DNA from: an uncultured Planctomycetaceae bacterium
GTDB lineage: Bacteria; Planctomycetota; Planctomycetia; Isosphaerales; Isosphaeraceae
DNA length: 64,000 bases
Reading direction: 5' to 3'
Assembly: GCA_963833985.1 (NCBI GenBank)
Contig: CAWIAD010000002.1
Location: 2,688,001-2,752,000, forward strand
The notes below the pieces were generated by a model. That model ran no database searches. It saw only the letters and a program-made list of their open reading frames with translations, and was not told the origin of the DNA. Shown piece by piece: positions 30,207 through 40,872 of this stretch (position 1 is its first letter; each line of letters opens with the position of its first letter). Made by a program: the position numbers and the translations under genes.

Positions 30207-32813
30207 ATGGTGCGCCTTTGTCTGGTTTCTCTGGTCATTCTCGTGATTGGCTCGGTAAGCCGGAATTCCTGTGCCAGCGGGTCGAAAGCGAAGCTTGTTC
30301 CCGCGGCGATCGTCGCGGCACATGACGCCACGTTCACCGAGCGGCTCGCGGCCCGGGAAATCCGCCGTTACGTGTATCTTCGGTCCGGGCGCTTGTTGCC
30401 CCTCCTCGAACAGCCGGAAGCGGGCAAGAGCGGCCTGGTCGTCGTCGGCAGCAAGCAGAATGCCCTGGTTCGAGCATTGCTCGAACAGCGGATCCCGCGG
30501 GATGCCGCACTGGGCCTCGCCAGTACGCAGGATCTGGGACCGGAGCAATATGTGTTGACATATGCGTCCTGGAACGGGCGGCAGGTCTTGCTGGTTGCCG
30601 GCGGCGACCCCGTGGGCACACTCTACGGGGCCTATCGTCTGGCCGAACGTCTGGGTGTGCGATTCTCTCTGCACGGCGATGTCGTCCCCGATCGCCGCAT
30701 CGGTCCTGAGTTGCCTGCACTGTGCGAGCGGGGCAAGCCGCTCTTCGCGGTCCGGGGCATCCAGCCCTTCCATGATTTCCCCGAAGGACCGGACTGGTGG
30801 AACCTCGACGCCTACAAGGCTTACATCGGCCAGCTTCCCAAGCTGGGCATGAACTTCCTCGGCCTGCACACCTATCCCGAGGGAGGCGTGGGGCCGGAGC
30901 CGCTGACCTGGATTGGCACACCCGGCGAGATCGCTCAGGGCGGGCGCGTGCGGGCCAGCTACCCGGCCCGGCACTTCACCACCCTGAGCGGGACCTGGGG
31001 CTACGCGCCCATGAAGACCGGCGATTACCTGTTCGGCGCGGCGGAGCTGTTCGATCGCGACGACTTCGGTGCTGACTACATGAAGGGGATGACGCCCTGG
31101 CCGCACTCGCCTGACGCCGAGAACGAGCTCTTCGACCGCATGGGCCGCCTGCTCGACGCAGCGTTCGGCGAGGCGCGCGCGCTGGGCGTGAAGACGTGCC
31201 TGGGCACCGAGACACCGCTTGTCATCCCCGCGCGAGTGCAGGCCCGGTTGAAGCAGGCGGGGAAGAACCCCGCGGCCCCGGCTGTTGTTCAGGAGCTGTA
31301 CGAGGGGATATTCCGGCGCATCGGGCAGACGCACCCGCTGGACTATTACTGGCTCTGGACGCCCGAATCCTGGACCTGGAGCGCGGTCAGCCAGTCCCAG
31401 ATCGACGCCACGCTCGCCGACCTCCGCGCGGCGGTCGCCGCCCACGGCAAGGTCCGTCCCCGGTTCACGCTGGCCACCTGCGGCTGGGTGCTCGGACCGC
31501 CCCAGCAACCGGCCCTGTTCGACCACTTCCTGCCGCCGGAGATGCCCATGAGCTGCATCAACCGCCAGGTGGGGAACACGCCGGTCGAGCCGGGATTCGC
31601 GCAGGTCAGCGGCCGACCGAAGTGGGCGATTCCCTGGCTCGAAGACGACCCCGGTTTGACCTCGATCCAGCTCTGGGCAGGGCGAATGCGGAAGGACGCG
31701 GCCAATGCGCTGGAGTACGGCTGCACGGGCCTGGTGGGCATTCACTGGCGGACCCGAGTGCTGGGCCCCACCGTGGCCGCCCTCGCCGCGGCCGCCTGGG
31801 AGGCACCGCGCGTGGCGAAGAGCACTGGCACTGCGGCCCCAGGTTCCCGTAACGCGGGCCAGGCCACACCCCGCTACCTTCCGGCTGACGACCTGTTCAC
31901 CGACTGGGCCGAGATCCAGTTTGGCGCCGAGGTGGGCCGCCCGGCGGCGGCGCTCTTCAGCCGGCTCGATTGCCACATGACCAGGCCGATCGACTGGACG
32001 AACGGCCCGGGCGGCATCAAGCCCGATTCCCGTCCCTGGGAAAAGGTCCAGGACGAGTATGCGTTCATCGACGACCTCGCCACCCTGCGGCCGCAGGTTC
32101 GAGGCGCCGGGAACCTGGAGCGGTTCGACTACTGGCTGAATAGCTTCCTCTACCTGAAGCAAACTGCCCGGGTGAACGGCATCTGGTACCGGCTGGACGA
32201 GACGCTGGCCCGGATGAGAGCCGAGAAGAACCCGGAGACGCGGCGGACGCTGGCGGTTGACCGGGCGCTGCCGGTTTACATGGAGCTGCTCGCTGCCCTG
32301 GCCGACCTGCACCGGTATCTGCTGGCCACGGTCTCCACTCCCGGAGAACTCGGTACGGTCGCCAACTGGCAGCAGCACAACGTGCCAGAGCTTGTGCACA
32401 AGCCCGCGCGGGAGCTGGCGCAGGCCCTGAGCGTCAACGGCGGCAGCGCCGCTTTGCCCGCTGCTGCCCTCCCGACACGGTCATACCAGGGGGCGCCGCG
32501 GCTCATCGTCCCGGTGGCTCGCACCACGATGACTGCCGGCGAGCCACTGGATTTGAGCGTGATCGTGCTCGGGGCCCGGCCTGCTCACGGTGTCGTGGCA
32601 TGGCGCCGGCTCGGCGATCGAGACGTGAAGTTCCAGGAAGTGCCGCTGTCCCACGAGGCCCGTGGTGTCTGGGCCGTCTCGCTGCCGACGGAAGCCACGC
32701 GTGATGATTTCGAGTACTTCGTCGAGGTCTCGCCCGTCGGCGGGCCGGTGCTCCGCTTTCCGGCCACTGCCCCCGAGCTGAACCAGACGGTGGTCGTCAC
32801 GCACCCCGGATGA
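30207..32813 (+). CDS. Secreted glycoside hydrolase-like protein (GH20/GH67-type N-terminal domain + barrel), family unassigned
   Basis: LAAREIRRY, LGPEQYVL, IAGGD-like 'VAGGDPVGTLYGAY', RGIQPFHDFPEGPDWW, LGMNFLGLHTY, DYYWLWTPE. Confidence 0.65.
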   Translation: MVRLCLVSLVILVIGSVSRNSCASGSKAKLVPAAIVAAHDATFTERLAAREIRRYVYLRSGRLLPLLEQPEAGKSGLVVVGSKQNALVRALLEQRIPRDAALGLASTQDLGPEQYVLTYASWNGRQVLLVAGGDPVGTLYGAYRLAERLGVRFSLHGDVVPDRRIGPELPALCERGKPLFAVRGIQPFHDFPEGPDWWNLDAYKAYIGQLPKLGMNFLGLHTYPEGGVGPEPLTWIGTPGEIAQGGRVRASYPARHFTTLSGTWGYAPMKTGDYLFGAAELFDRDDFGADYMKGMTPWPHSPDAENELFDRMGRLLDAAFGEARALGVKTCLGTETPLVIPARVQARLKQAGKNPAAPAVVQELYEGIFRRIGQTHPLDYYWLWTPESWTWSAVSQSQIDATLADLRAAVAAHGKVRPRFTLATCGWVLGPPQQPALFDHFLPPEMPMSCINRQVGNTPVEPGFAQVSGRPKWAIPWLEDDPGLTSIQLWAGRMRKDAANALEYGCTGLVGIHWRTRVLGPTVAALAAAAWEAPRVAKSTGTAAPGSRNAGQATPRYLPADDLFTDWAEIQFGAEVGRPAAALFSRLDCHMTRPIDWTNGPGGIKPDSRPWEKVQDEYAFIDDLATLRPQVRGAGNLERFDYWLNSFLYLKQTARVNGIWYRLDETLARMRAEKNPETRRTLAVDRALPVYMELLAALADLHRYLLATVSTPGELGTVANWQQHNVPELVHKPARELAQALSVNGGSAALPAAALPTRSYQGAPRLIVPVARTTMTAGEPLDLSVIVLGARPAHGVVAWRRLGDRDVKFQEVPLSHEARGVWAVSLPTEATRDDFEYFVEVSPVGGPVLRFPATAPELNQTVVVTHPG

Positions 32814-32883
32814 GCTCAGGACGAGTTGACCACTCGAGCCGCGCGGTCCGGCCGGCTTGTCTGGAGCCTTGCCGGCCCCTCGA

Positions 32884-33837
32884 TCAGGCCTGGCGCGGTT
32901 TGCGCCGCAGGACCGCCGCGGCCGCCAGCCCGAGAGTCCAGCAGGCCAGGGTGGCAGGCTCGGGAACTGGCTTGCCATCGAGCAACTGAGCACCCTGGAT
33001 GTTGGTCAAGGCCGCGCTGCCGTTGGAAGCAAGGGCCGCCTGAAGAGCCTGGGCCGCACCCTGGCTGAAGGCGGAGCCGGGGCTGACCATCATTGACCAG
33101 TTGGCGTTCCGGGCGTCGATGTAGTTTCCGGTCTGGTCGTAATTCTCGCCCACGCCGAAGGCAAGCATGAGCTCGTGGGAGATGTTGTGTGCGACGATCC
33201 ATTGCAGCTGGTCGAGGCTCTGGGCCGATTTGGCTTCCTGATCGATGAAGCTGAATCCGCTGCCGCCCACCTGGGTCATGCCGATAACCCCGGGCGTCGT
33301 GTTGCTGGTGGTGCCGGAAACAAGGCTCAGCGTGTGCAGCGCGGGGGCGGTGGAGTTCAGTGTCAGGTTGATGGGCACGCCGCTTTGCTGGAATGTCTGC
33401 TCCACCCGCTGGAGGACCACGTTATCGAAGCTGGAGATCTGCTGGGCCGTGGGCTGGCCGCCGAAGAGACCGGTGATCTGGGGGCTGGTGTACCAGGGCT
33501 GTGAATTACCTGTGGTGATCACGCTTGCCAGCGGGTAAGGACCCGTGCCCAGGTTCAGATTCGCGTTGGCGATGGGAACGGGCGAGGGCGCGAGCAAGGC
33601 CGCGGACGTTAATGGAACGGCGCTCGGCGGCAAGACGTTGGTGTTTGTGCTGGCAGGGGCGTAGAACGAGGTCGCGAAGGAGCTTGCCGAAGTATTATTT
33701 GCGGCCATGCTGGCATAGGACGGCGACCACCACCACCACGCGCCTGAAGTTGAGTTCACCGGTGCCGCGGTGGCCGAGGGAGCCACCATGCCGGCGATGA
33801 GCACGCTCAAGGCGACGTACTTGAAGGCGGTCATCAC
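32884..33837 (-). CDS. PEP-CTERM sorting-domain protein with degenerate zincin-like motif
   Basis: Signal peptide; C-terminal VPEPATLACWTLGLAAAAVLRRK; AHNISHELMLAFG. Confidence 0.85.
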   Translation of the reverse strand: MMTAFKYVALSVLIAGMVAPSATAAPVNSTSGAWWWWSPSYASMAANNTSASSFATSFYAPASTNTNVLPPSAVPLTSAALLAPSPVPIANANLNLGTGPYPLASVITTGNSQPWYTSPQITGLFGGQPTAQQISSFDNVVLQRVEQTFQQSGVPINLTLNSTAPALHTLSLVSGTTSNTTPGVIGMTQVGGSGFSFIDQEAKSAQSLDQLQWIVAHNISHELMLAFGVGENYDQTGNYIDARNANWSMMVSPGSAFSQGAAQALQAALASNGSAALTNIQGAQLLDGKPVPEPATLACWTLGLAAAAVLRRKPRQA

Positions 33838-34051
33838 GAACCTCCTGTTCGCTCAACCTCGAGCGGCCGTCCTGGCTGCCCAAAGACGATTACCCCGATT
33901 TCGTTTCGATAAGCGACACCTTATTTGCACTGACCTGCGGCTCGGAGTGCAGACCAAGCGTCCGTTGCGGCTTGTGATCTGGTTCGCCCAGTCACTTCGG
34001 CGTTACCGGAGGCGAGAATCACGATCCGGAGCAGGCGGCGACGTCAAAGTT

Positions 34052-34067
34052 AGCAACTGACGTGCCA
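34052..34067 (-). promoter_or_regulatory. Sigma-54 (-24/-12) promoter for the PEP-CTERM gene
   Basis: Minus strand reads TGGCACGTCAGTTGCT, an exact match to TGGCACG-N4-TTGCW, about 215 bp upstream of the gene in the correct orientation. Confidence 0.8.
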
Positions 34068-34868
34068 ATCTCTGGACGAAAGTCCGCCACGGTCGTAACA
34101 CACGGGGCCGCACCGGGGTACAAGGAGAAGTGGCCGGTACACCCGGCCCACGTCGCGCTCTCGCCCACCCTGCGTGCGGCACGCTCGATTTTGCTGAAAA
34201 AACCGAGAATTCACGCATTCTTTGCCAGGTCGGCGGCGGTGCGACCATCATTGACTTACCGGATGAGGGGCAAGCTCCAGGGGCCGTGACAAGGTCTCAG
34301 ATTTCCAGCCCGGCCGCGTCCTTGAGCGGCAGCCTGGGCCTCGCGCTGTGAGGTCGTCGAGGCAAAAATGACAACGCCCCGAGTAAAAGTTGCAAGAACC
34401 GTACCGTGAGAGCGATTCGGGCCGGCCCGAGCGGCGCACGGTCGCATCCTGGTCCGGCGGCGCCGGGCCGATCTGCCCGATCAATCTCAGCGGTCCTGCG
34501 CCGGGCGGCGCACGGTCACCTCGCTGGGAGTCTCATGCCGGCCCCGGAACGCGCGCTGCTGCTCGTCGAGCAGGTGGCGGCGGTCCAGCGCCCGCACCTG
34601 CGTCGTGGGAATGGTTCCGGCGTAAGTCGAAGGGAGGCTTGTGCCTGGGCGTTGGCGCGAAGGTTGCATGGGCTCGGATCCTTGTTGAAGATCAAAAATG
34701 AATGGCCCGAACGATCGGCGGCGAGGTCTTTCCCGGCAGTGCACCAAGGTCCACAATGTGTGTCGAGCAACCCGTCAGGCGGAACGCTGAACGCGGAGCC
34801 GTCGACTCCGCGGCTGAACCACGATGGCTGGTCAACGGCTGATCCCATTTCGGAACGCGCAGACCTTG

Positions 34869-35578
34869 ATGAGCAAGCACCTGAACTGGAACCTCATTCG
34901 AGGAATCGTCTTCGATGCGGTGGGAACTTTAATCAAACCCGTGCCTTCGGTGGCTGAGGCTTACGCCGTGGCGGCGCGGCGCCAGGGGGTGGACCTGGAC
35001 GTGGGCGAGGTGCGCTGCGCTTCCAGCGTCATTTTCGAGCGGACCTGGTGCAGGCGGACCGCGGCATGCACTCGACCGACGAGGCTACCGAGGTCCTCCG
35101 CTGGCGCCGCATCGTCACCGAGGTCTTGCCCGAAGTCCTTGACCCGGAGCGCGCCTTCGAGGAGCTCTGGCAACATTTCCGCCAACCCGAGTCGTGGCGC
35201 TGCTTTGCCGACGTGGCCCCGGCGCTTGCGGCCATTCACGAGGCCGGTATCGCCGTCTGCGTGGGCTCCAACTTTGACAGCCGGCTGCGCCAGGTGGTCC
35301 TGGGGCTGGACGAGCTGCGGTGGGCCGTGGACGCACTGGTCATTTCGTCGGAAGTGGGCTTCCGCAAGCCTCACGGCCGCTTCTTCGAGGCGGTCTGCCA
35401 GCACCTCGGGCTGCCACCCGGGCGCATCCTGTGCGTGGGGGACGACCTGGAAAACGACGTCCGGGGCGCCTTGGAGGCGGGGCTCTCGGCGTTACTCGTG
35501 GATCGGGGAGGCCAGCAGCCGAACCATTGCCCTGTGGTCCCGGATCTGGCGGCCCTGGCGCGGTCGCGGCTGACCTAG
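34869..35578 (+). CDS. HAD-superfamily hydrolase (frameshift near 35020)
   Basis: IVFDAVGTL, GSNFDSRL, SSEVGFRKP, VGDDLENDVRGA. Confidence 0.9.
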
Positions 35579-35846
35579 ACCTGAAGTTCTACGAGGCATT
35601 TTGACGATGATCCGGTAAGAGGCCGGCCGCGGGGCAGGCGCCGGAGAATTCCGCGCCGTCCTTCCCGCGGGACTCGGCTTGCCTGACTGGATCACTTGGT
35701 TTAGATTCCGGCGCGGCCAGGAAGGCCCTTCGACGAATCGCGAGCACGAGTTCCACCTGATCTCGGCCGGGCTGGACGGAATTGGTTCGCGGGGAGTGGA
35801 AGCCTGGTTCATGTCCGCTCCTTTCAGGGAAGAAAGGAAGTCGCCC

Positions 35847-36977
35847 GTGGTCGCTACGGTCGAACAGCTTGCGGCCCTGGTTCAAGGACGTCTTGTGGGT
35901 GATGGAAGCCTGCCGATCCGCTCCGCACGGCCGGTGGCCGAGGCGGGCCCGGGCGACATCACCTTCATCGAGAGCGAACGCTACGCCAAACTGCTGCGCA
36001 GCTCGCCCGCATCGGCCGCCATCGTGGGACCCCACTTCCGCCAGCAGACGCCCTCCCACAACGAGGACCTGGTGGTCATCGAGGTGGATGACCCCATTTC
36101 CGCGTTCCTGGCGGTCCGCAACCACCTTTCCGGCACGGAGAAAACCCGCTGGTCGGGAATTCATCCGCAAGCTTCTGTGGCATCCACGGCTCAGATCGGT
36201 AAAGACGTGGCGATCTATCCCTTCGTCTATGTCGGCGAGCAGGCCGAGATCGGTGAGGGAACCACGCTCTTCCCGGGTGCGGTTGTGGGAGCCGGTTGCA
36301 AGATCGGGCAGGGATGCACCATCCATCCCAACGCGGTGCTTTACCCGGAAGTCGTGCTTCGCGACCGCGTGGAGATTCATGCCGGCACGGTCCTCGGGGG
36401 CGACGGCTTCGGATACCGCCAGGTGGACGGCCGGCACATCAAGGTTCCCCATAGCGGCGGGCTCGAGGTGGGCAACGATGTGGAGGTCGGCGCGAACTGT
36501 ACCATCGACCGGGCCACCTTCGAGTCAACGCATATCGGCGAGGGAACCAAGATCGATAACCTCGTGATGATTGGCCATAACAACCAGATCGGCCGCCATA
36601 ACCTGCTCTGTGGGCAGGTGGGCATCGCCGGTAGCTGCACCACCGGCGATTACGTGGTGATGGCCGGCCAGGCCGGGATCAAGGACAAGACCCAGATCGG
36701 CGACAACGTGATCGTGGGCGCCCAGGCGGGCGTGCATCGCAACATCCCCAGCGGCCAGCAGGTCCTGGGCTCGCCGGCCATACCGGTGCGCGAACAGCGC
36801 AGGCTGTTTCAGATGATCGCGCGGCTGCCGGAGATGCACCGCCAGCTCCGCGAGCTCGGGGCGCAGATCGATGTGCTCACTGCGGCCCTGGCAAAGGCCA
36901 CCGGGGACGACCATGACGCGCCGGCGGACGACTCCCCGGGCGTGCCGAGCATCCCCAGCGAGGAGCAAGCGGCATGA
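35847..36977 (+). CDS. lpxD: UDP-3-O-(3-hydroxyacyl)glucosamine N-acyltransferase
   Basis: Hexapeptide repeats, GGDGFGY, EVGANCTIDR, TKIDNLVMIGHN; GTG start after AGGAAG. Confidence 0.95.
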   Translation: MVATVEQLAALVQGRLVGDGSLPIRSARPVAEAGPGDITFIESERYAKLLRSSPASAAIVGPHFRQQTPSHNEDLVVIEVDDPISAFLAVRNHLSGTEKTRWSGIHPQASVASTAQIGKDVAIYPFVYVGEQAEIGEGTTLFPGAVVGAGCKIGQGCTIHPNAVLYPEVVLRDRVEIHAGTVLGGDGFGYRQVDGRHIKVPHSGGLEVGNDVEVGANCTIDRATFESTHIGEGTKIDNLVMIGHNNQIGRHNLLCGQVGIAGSCTTGDYVVMAGQAGIKDKTQIGDNVIVGAQAGVHRNIPSGQQVLGSPAIPVREQRRLFQMIARLPEMHRQLRELGAQIDVLTAALAKATGDDHDAPADDSPGVPSIPSEEQAA

Positions 36978-37933
36978 CTCCGCCACTCCTGAGACAGACC
37001 ATTGCCCGGGTCTCCGCGCCGCCGCGGGCGTCAACATCGCGTCACTCCGCCGGCGGCAGGATCCTTCGTTCGGACCGCAGCCCGGCCAGCGGCAACATGG
37101 TCGGACTGATCGCGGGGAGCGGCCGGTTCCCCATCGTCTTCGCCGAGGCGGCCCGGCAGCAGGGGCTCTCGGTCGCCTGCGTCGGCATCAAGTACGAGTA
37201 TCCCCAGGAGCTGCACGCGCTGTGCACCTCGCTGGAGATCGTGGGTGTGGCCAGGCTCGGCAAGATGATCCGCGTTCTCCGCCGGCAGGGCGTCCAGCGG
37301 GTGGTCATGGCGGGCAAGGTGACCAAGAACGTGATCTACACGCCCTGGCGGTTCATCCAGCTCTGGCCCGACCTGCGCACCTTGCAGTGGTGGTATCGCC
37401 GCAGCCGTGCCGACAACCGTGATGATTCTCTCTTGCTCTCGGTGATCGACGAGTTCGGTCGTGACGGGATGACGTTCGCTTCGGCCCTGGATTTTTGCCC
37501 GGAGTTGCTCGTGAAAGAGGGAGTACTCACGCGCCGCGCGCCGACCGCGGCGGAACGTAGCGACATCGAGTTCGGCTGGGTGATGGCCAAGGAGATGGGC
37601 CGGCTCGACGTGGGTCAGTCCGTGGCCGTCAAGGAGAAGGCGACCCTGGCCGTGGAGGCCATCGAGGGGACCGACCGCTGCATCGCCCGCGCCGGCCAGC
37701 TTTGCCGCGCCGGTGGCTGGAGCCTGGTGAAGGTGGCCAAGCCCCAGCAAGACATGCGCTTCGACGTGCCGACCATCGGGGTCACCACGATCGAGAACCT
37801 GCACCGCGCGGGTGCTCGTGTGCTGGCCATCGAGGCCGGCAAGACCATCGTCATCGACCAGCCCGACGTCGTGGCGCTCGCCGACAGGTTCGGCATGTCC
37901 ATCATCGCCTTGCCGGAGGGGTGGAGCGCCTGA
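36974..37933 (+). CDS. lpxI: UDP-2,3-diacylglucosamine hydrolase LpxI
   Basis: GLIAGSGRFP, LDVGQSV, AVEAIEGTD, KPQQDMRFDVPTIG. Confidence 0.93.
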   Translation: MTPPLLRQTIARVSAPPRASTSRHSAGGRILRSDRSPASGNMVGLIAGSGRFPIVFAEAARQQGLSVACVGIKYEYPQELHALCTSLEIVGVARLGKMIRVLRRQGVQRVVMAGKVTKNVIYTPWRFIQLWPDLRTLQWWYRRSRADNRDDSLLLSVIDEFGRDGMTFASALDFCPELLVKEGVLTRRAPTAAERSDIEFGWVMAKEMGRLDVGQSVAVKEKATLAVEAIEGTDRCIARAGQLCRAGGWSLVKVAKPQQDMRFDVPTIGVTTIENLHRAGARVLAIEAGKTIVIDQPDVVALADRFGMSIIALPEGWSA

Positions 37934-38015
37934 GGCGGCCCGCGAGCCGGGCTCGCCGCCAGCGGGATGATGCAGGACGATCCTGACTTCGGCCGGAAGG
38001 GGCTGCTGCGGCGGA

Positions 38016-39035
38016 TCACCACCGCCAGAGCACGGTACCCCAGTTCAATCCCGAGCCGAAGCCGGAGACCAGGAGGTTGTCGCCGCCGTAGACGTTGCCG
38101 AGAGCCAGAACCTCATCCAGAGCGATGGGGATCGAGCCGGCCGAGGTGTTGCCGTATCGCTCCAGGTTCTTGTAAACCTTATCGCGGTGGAAGCCGAGCA
38201 CGTCGCTGGCCGCGTGGATGATGCGCACGTTGGCCTGGTGCGGGATGAACCAGCGGATGTCGCCCACCTTGCAGCCGGCATGGTCCAGGACGGCCAGAGT
38301 GGAGTCGGCCAGGATGCGAACCGCCCACTTGAAGATGGCTCTGCCGTCCATCGTCAGGTAGTGCAGGCCCTGCTCGACGGTTTCCGCCGAAGGAGGAATG
38401 CGGCTGCCGCCGGCGGGCCGGCTGAGCAGGTCGCCGCCCGAGCCATCCGAGCCAAGCTGGTAGGCGATCATCCCCTGATGATCGCTGCCGGGGCCCAGCA
38501 AGACCGCCCCGGCGCCGTCGCCAAAGAGCGGAAAGCTCTTCTGGTCGCCCGGGTTGATCACCCGGCTGTTGCAGTCGCCGCCGATCACCAGGGCGCGCCG
38601 GCTATTGCCCGTGGCCACGAACTGCGAGCCAATCACCAGTGCGAAGACGAAACCGGCACAGGCAGCCTGGATATCAAAGGCCGGGCAGTTCAGCTTGAGG
38701 CGGTCCTGCACCAGGTTCGCCGTGGATGGAAAGGCCATGTCCGGAGTGAACGTGGCCAGCACCAGCAGGTCGACGTCGCCCGGATCGCAATCGGCGGCAC
38801 GCAGACAGCGCAGGGCGGCCTGGGTGCAGAGGTCGCTGGTCGCCTGATGCGGCAAGGCGAACCGGCGTTCGTGAATTCCTGTCCGGTTGACAATCCACTC
38901 CGGGTCGAAGCCCAGCGAATCCTGAAGGTCCAGGTTGCTGACGACGTTCTCCGGAACATAACTTCCCGTACCGAGAATCTGCACGCCGGTCAGCGTACGG
39001 GTCCTCGGAGCGATATGAACCTGGCCATTGCTCAT
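38016..39035 (-). CDS. fabH: Beta-ketoacyl-ACP synthase III
   Basis: GTGSYVP, RTGIHERR, AACAGF, LFGDGAGA, IPHQANVRII, YGNTSAGSIP, GFGSGLNWG. Confidence 0.96.
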   Translation of the reverse strand: MSNGQVHIAPRTRTLTGVQILGTGSYVPENVVSNLDLQDSLGFDPEWIVNRTGIHERRFALPHQATSDLCTQAALRCLRAADCDPGDVDLLVLATFTPDMAFPSTANLVQDRLKLNCPAFDIQAACAGFVFALVIGSQFVATGNSRRALVIGGDCNSRVINPGDQKSFPLFGDGAGAVLLGPGSDHQGMIAYQLGSDGSGGDLLSRPAGGSRIPPSAETVEQGLHYLTMDGRAIFKWAVRILADSTLAVLDHAGCKVGDIRWFIPHQANVRIIHAASDVLGFHRDKVYKNLERYGNTSAGSIPIALDEVLALGNVYGGDNLLVSGFGSGLNWGTVLWRW

Positions 39036-39405
39036 GGGCAACAAGCGACCGTCAGCCATCGGCGCTGGAGCGACGCAACCGTGAGTCCCCGATGGTTCGC
39101 ACATACCGGTTCGAGGACCCCTCCATGGGAACTTCGGGCGGGCTCGATCGCGAGCCGACACCAAGCACAATAGGCCGTCAGTCGGCTGCCTGGGGCAAAG
39201 CTGACCAACGCTCCCGGAACAATGGCAGAGTACTGGATGGATCCGGCAAGACCTTGACTATAATAGGACCATGGCGCAATGACCATAGCAAAGCGGTGGT
39301 GATTCCGGGGCGAAGTTCGCGGCTTTTTCCTGCCGCACGGCACTCCGGACCGGCGGCCTGCGAGCCGCCCCCGTTGCGATCGCACGGCGGTTCGGCCGAG
39401 GATGG

Positions 39406-39864
39406 ATGGAGTCAATGAGCGCGACCGAACACGTCATCCGCCTCCGCCAGGGATGGGAGCTGACCACAAGAGGTCCTCTCGACGAGGCTTCAAGGCGCGT
39501 CAGCCTGCCTCTGCCGGCGGTACCCGGCAACGGCCTTCCGCTCCGCCTCGTCCGCCGCTTCGGATGTCCGCCCTTTGACCCGCGGACCGAATCGCTATGC
39601 CTGCGCCTTCGATCCGTGCCCGGTCTGGCCGGTCTGACGCTCAACGGAGTCGCACTTTCCGGAAGTCCTGACCTGGATTTCAGCCTGGAAATTCCGCTCC
39701 CCGGCCTCAGCCCACGGAACGAGCTGGCCCTGGAGCTTGTGCCCGCGCCAGGCTGCACGGCCGAGAGCCATCCGGATTGGGGAGACGTTGCGCTGGTGGT
39801 CCGCCCGCTGCCGTTGAGCGCACAACCCGTGGTCCCGCCGGCACCTGGCCGCCCTTTCTTCTGA
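39406..39864 (+). CDS. Hypothetical protein (beta-sandwich-like)
   Basis: HVIRLRQGW..RRFGCP..LNGV..RNEL.LE..WGDVALVV; plausible coding ORF between fabH and the membrane protein gene. Confidence 0.55.
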   Translation: MESMSATEHVIRLRQGWELTTRGPLDEASRRVSLPLPAVPGNGLPLRLVRRFGCPPFDPRTESLCLRLRSVPGLAGLTLNGVALSGSPDLDFSLEIPLPGLSPRNELALELVPAPGCTAESHPDWGDVALVVRPLPLSAQPVVPPAPGRPFF

Positions 39865-39987
39865 CTGCCGGCCGCCGGCTGTCCACCTCGAGGCCAAGGC
39901 TTGGCCGGGAACCGCGGCCGCGATACGATGGAGATACGATTCCATAGAGCCTTGACACCAGGCGACTCACCCGGGACGACATGGCGC

Positions 39988-40779
39988 ATGCTCGAATACG
40001 ATCCAGACCAGGTGCGCAGAACCTATCAGCTTTGCCGGATCGGTTTTCTTTTGCTGGCCATCGCGCTGGTCCCGGCATGCCTGCTGATGTTGCTCTCGAT
40101 GGTTGGCCTGCTGGGTGACCCTCAGCTCTTCAACCGCATTGCCGAGTCGCCCTGGAACCAGTGGGTCTCCACGATCAGCGTCTGGGGCAGCCTGGTGGGG
40201 ACGATGCTGCTCTGGGGCCGCTGGGAGCATAAGAGCTGGCAGCGCAGGACCGGTCTGCTGCTGGTCATGTGCATCGTCGACCTGGTGGTCTGGTTCATCG
40301 ATCGCGGCGAGAACCAGCCGCCCGGGCAGGGGAACTGGTTCCGTTCCAACCTGGGCCAGGCCCTCGGCTGGGCGGAGTTCGCCCTCATCGCCAGCCTCTC
40401 CGGCGACTACCTGGTGCACATGGGCCTCACCCAGGCGGACGACTCGGCGCGGTCCACCCGTTCCCTTTCCGCTACCGGCGCGGTCGTCTGGCTGCTCATG
40501 TTCTGCGAGCTGACCCACTGGGACGCCGGCTGGCCCTTGCGGCGCCGAAATCTGAACATGCATAGCTGGCTGCTGTTTGTCGGCTCGGAGCTGATCTGGA
40601 CGATCACCCTCATCCAGGTGACCGCGCTGGTGGTTGCCTCGTTGCGGCAATCCAACCGCACGCTGGCCGAGATGGAGACCGAGTACCAGGACCACGAGCT
40701 ACTGCGGTTCCACTCCGATTCCCCGGACCAGAGTGCCCTGGTGAAGGCTCAGCCGAAGTCGTTCGGTCCGGAGGTCTGA
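39988..40779 (+). CDS. Hypothetical integral membrane protein
   Basis: About six hydrophobic segments. Confidence 0.7.
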   Translation: MLEYDPDQVRRTYQLCRIGFLLLAIALVPACLLMLLSMVGLLGDPQLFNRIAESPWNQWVSTISVWGSLVGTMLLWGRWEHKSWQRRTGLLLVMCIVDLVVWFIDRGENQPPGQGNWFRSNLGQALGWAEFALIASLSGDYLVHMGLTQADDSARSTRSLSATGAVVWLLMFCELTHWDAGWPLRRRNLNMHSWLLFVGSELIWTITLIQVTALVVASLRQSNRTLAEMETEYQDHELLRFHSDSPDQSALVKAQPKSFGPEV

Positions 40780-40872
40780 GCGGTTCTCGTTTGTGCTTCG
40801 CAGATCCAGGGCCCGGCATGGCATGACCTGGCTTTTCCGGCTTTTCCGCCGAGCGAGCCAGCGTTCCGTGGC

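Noticed and set aside
29547..32399. 950-aa minus-strand ORF
   Set aside because: Antisense shadow of the 30207-32813 gene; only the last 112 aa look like a real protein.
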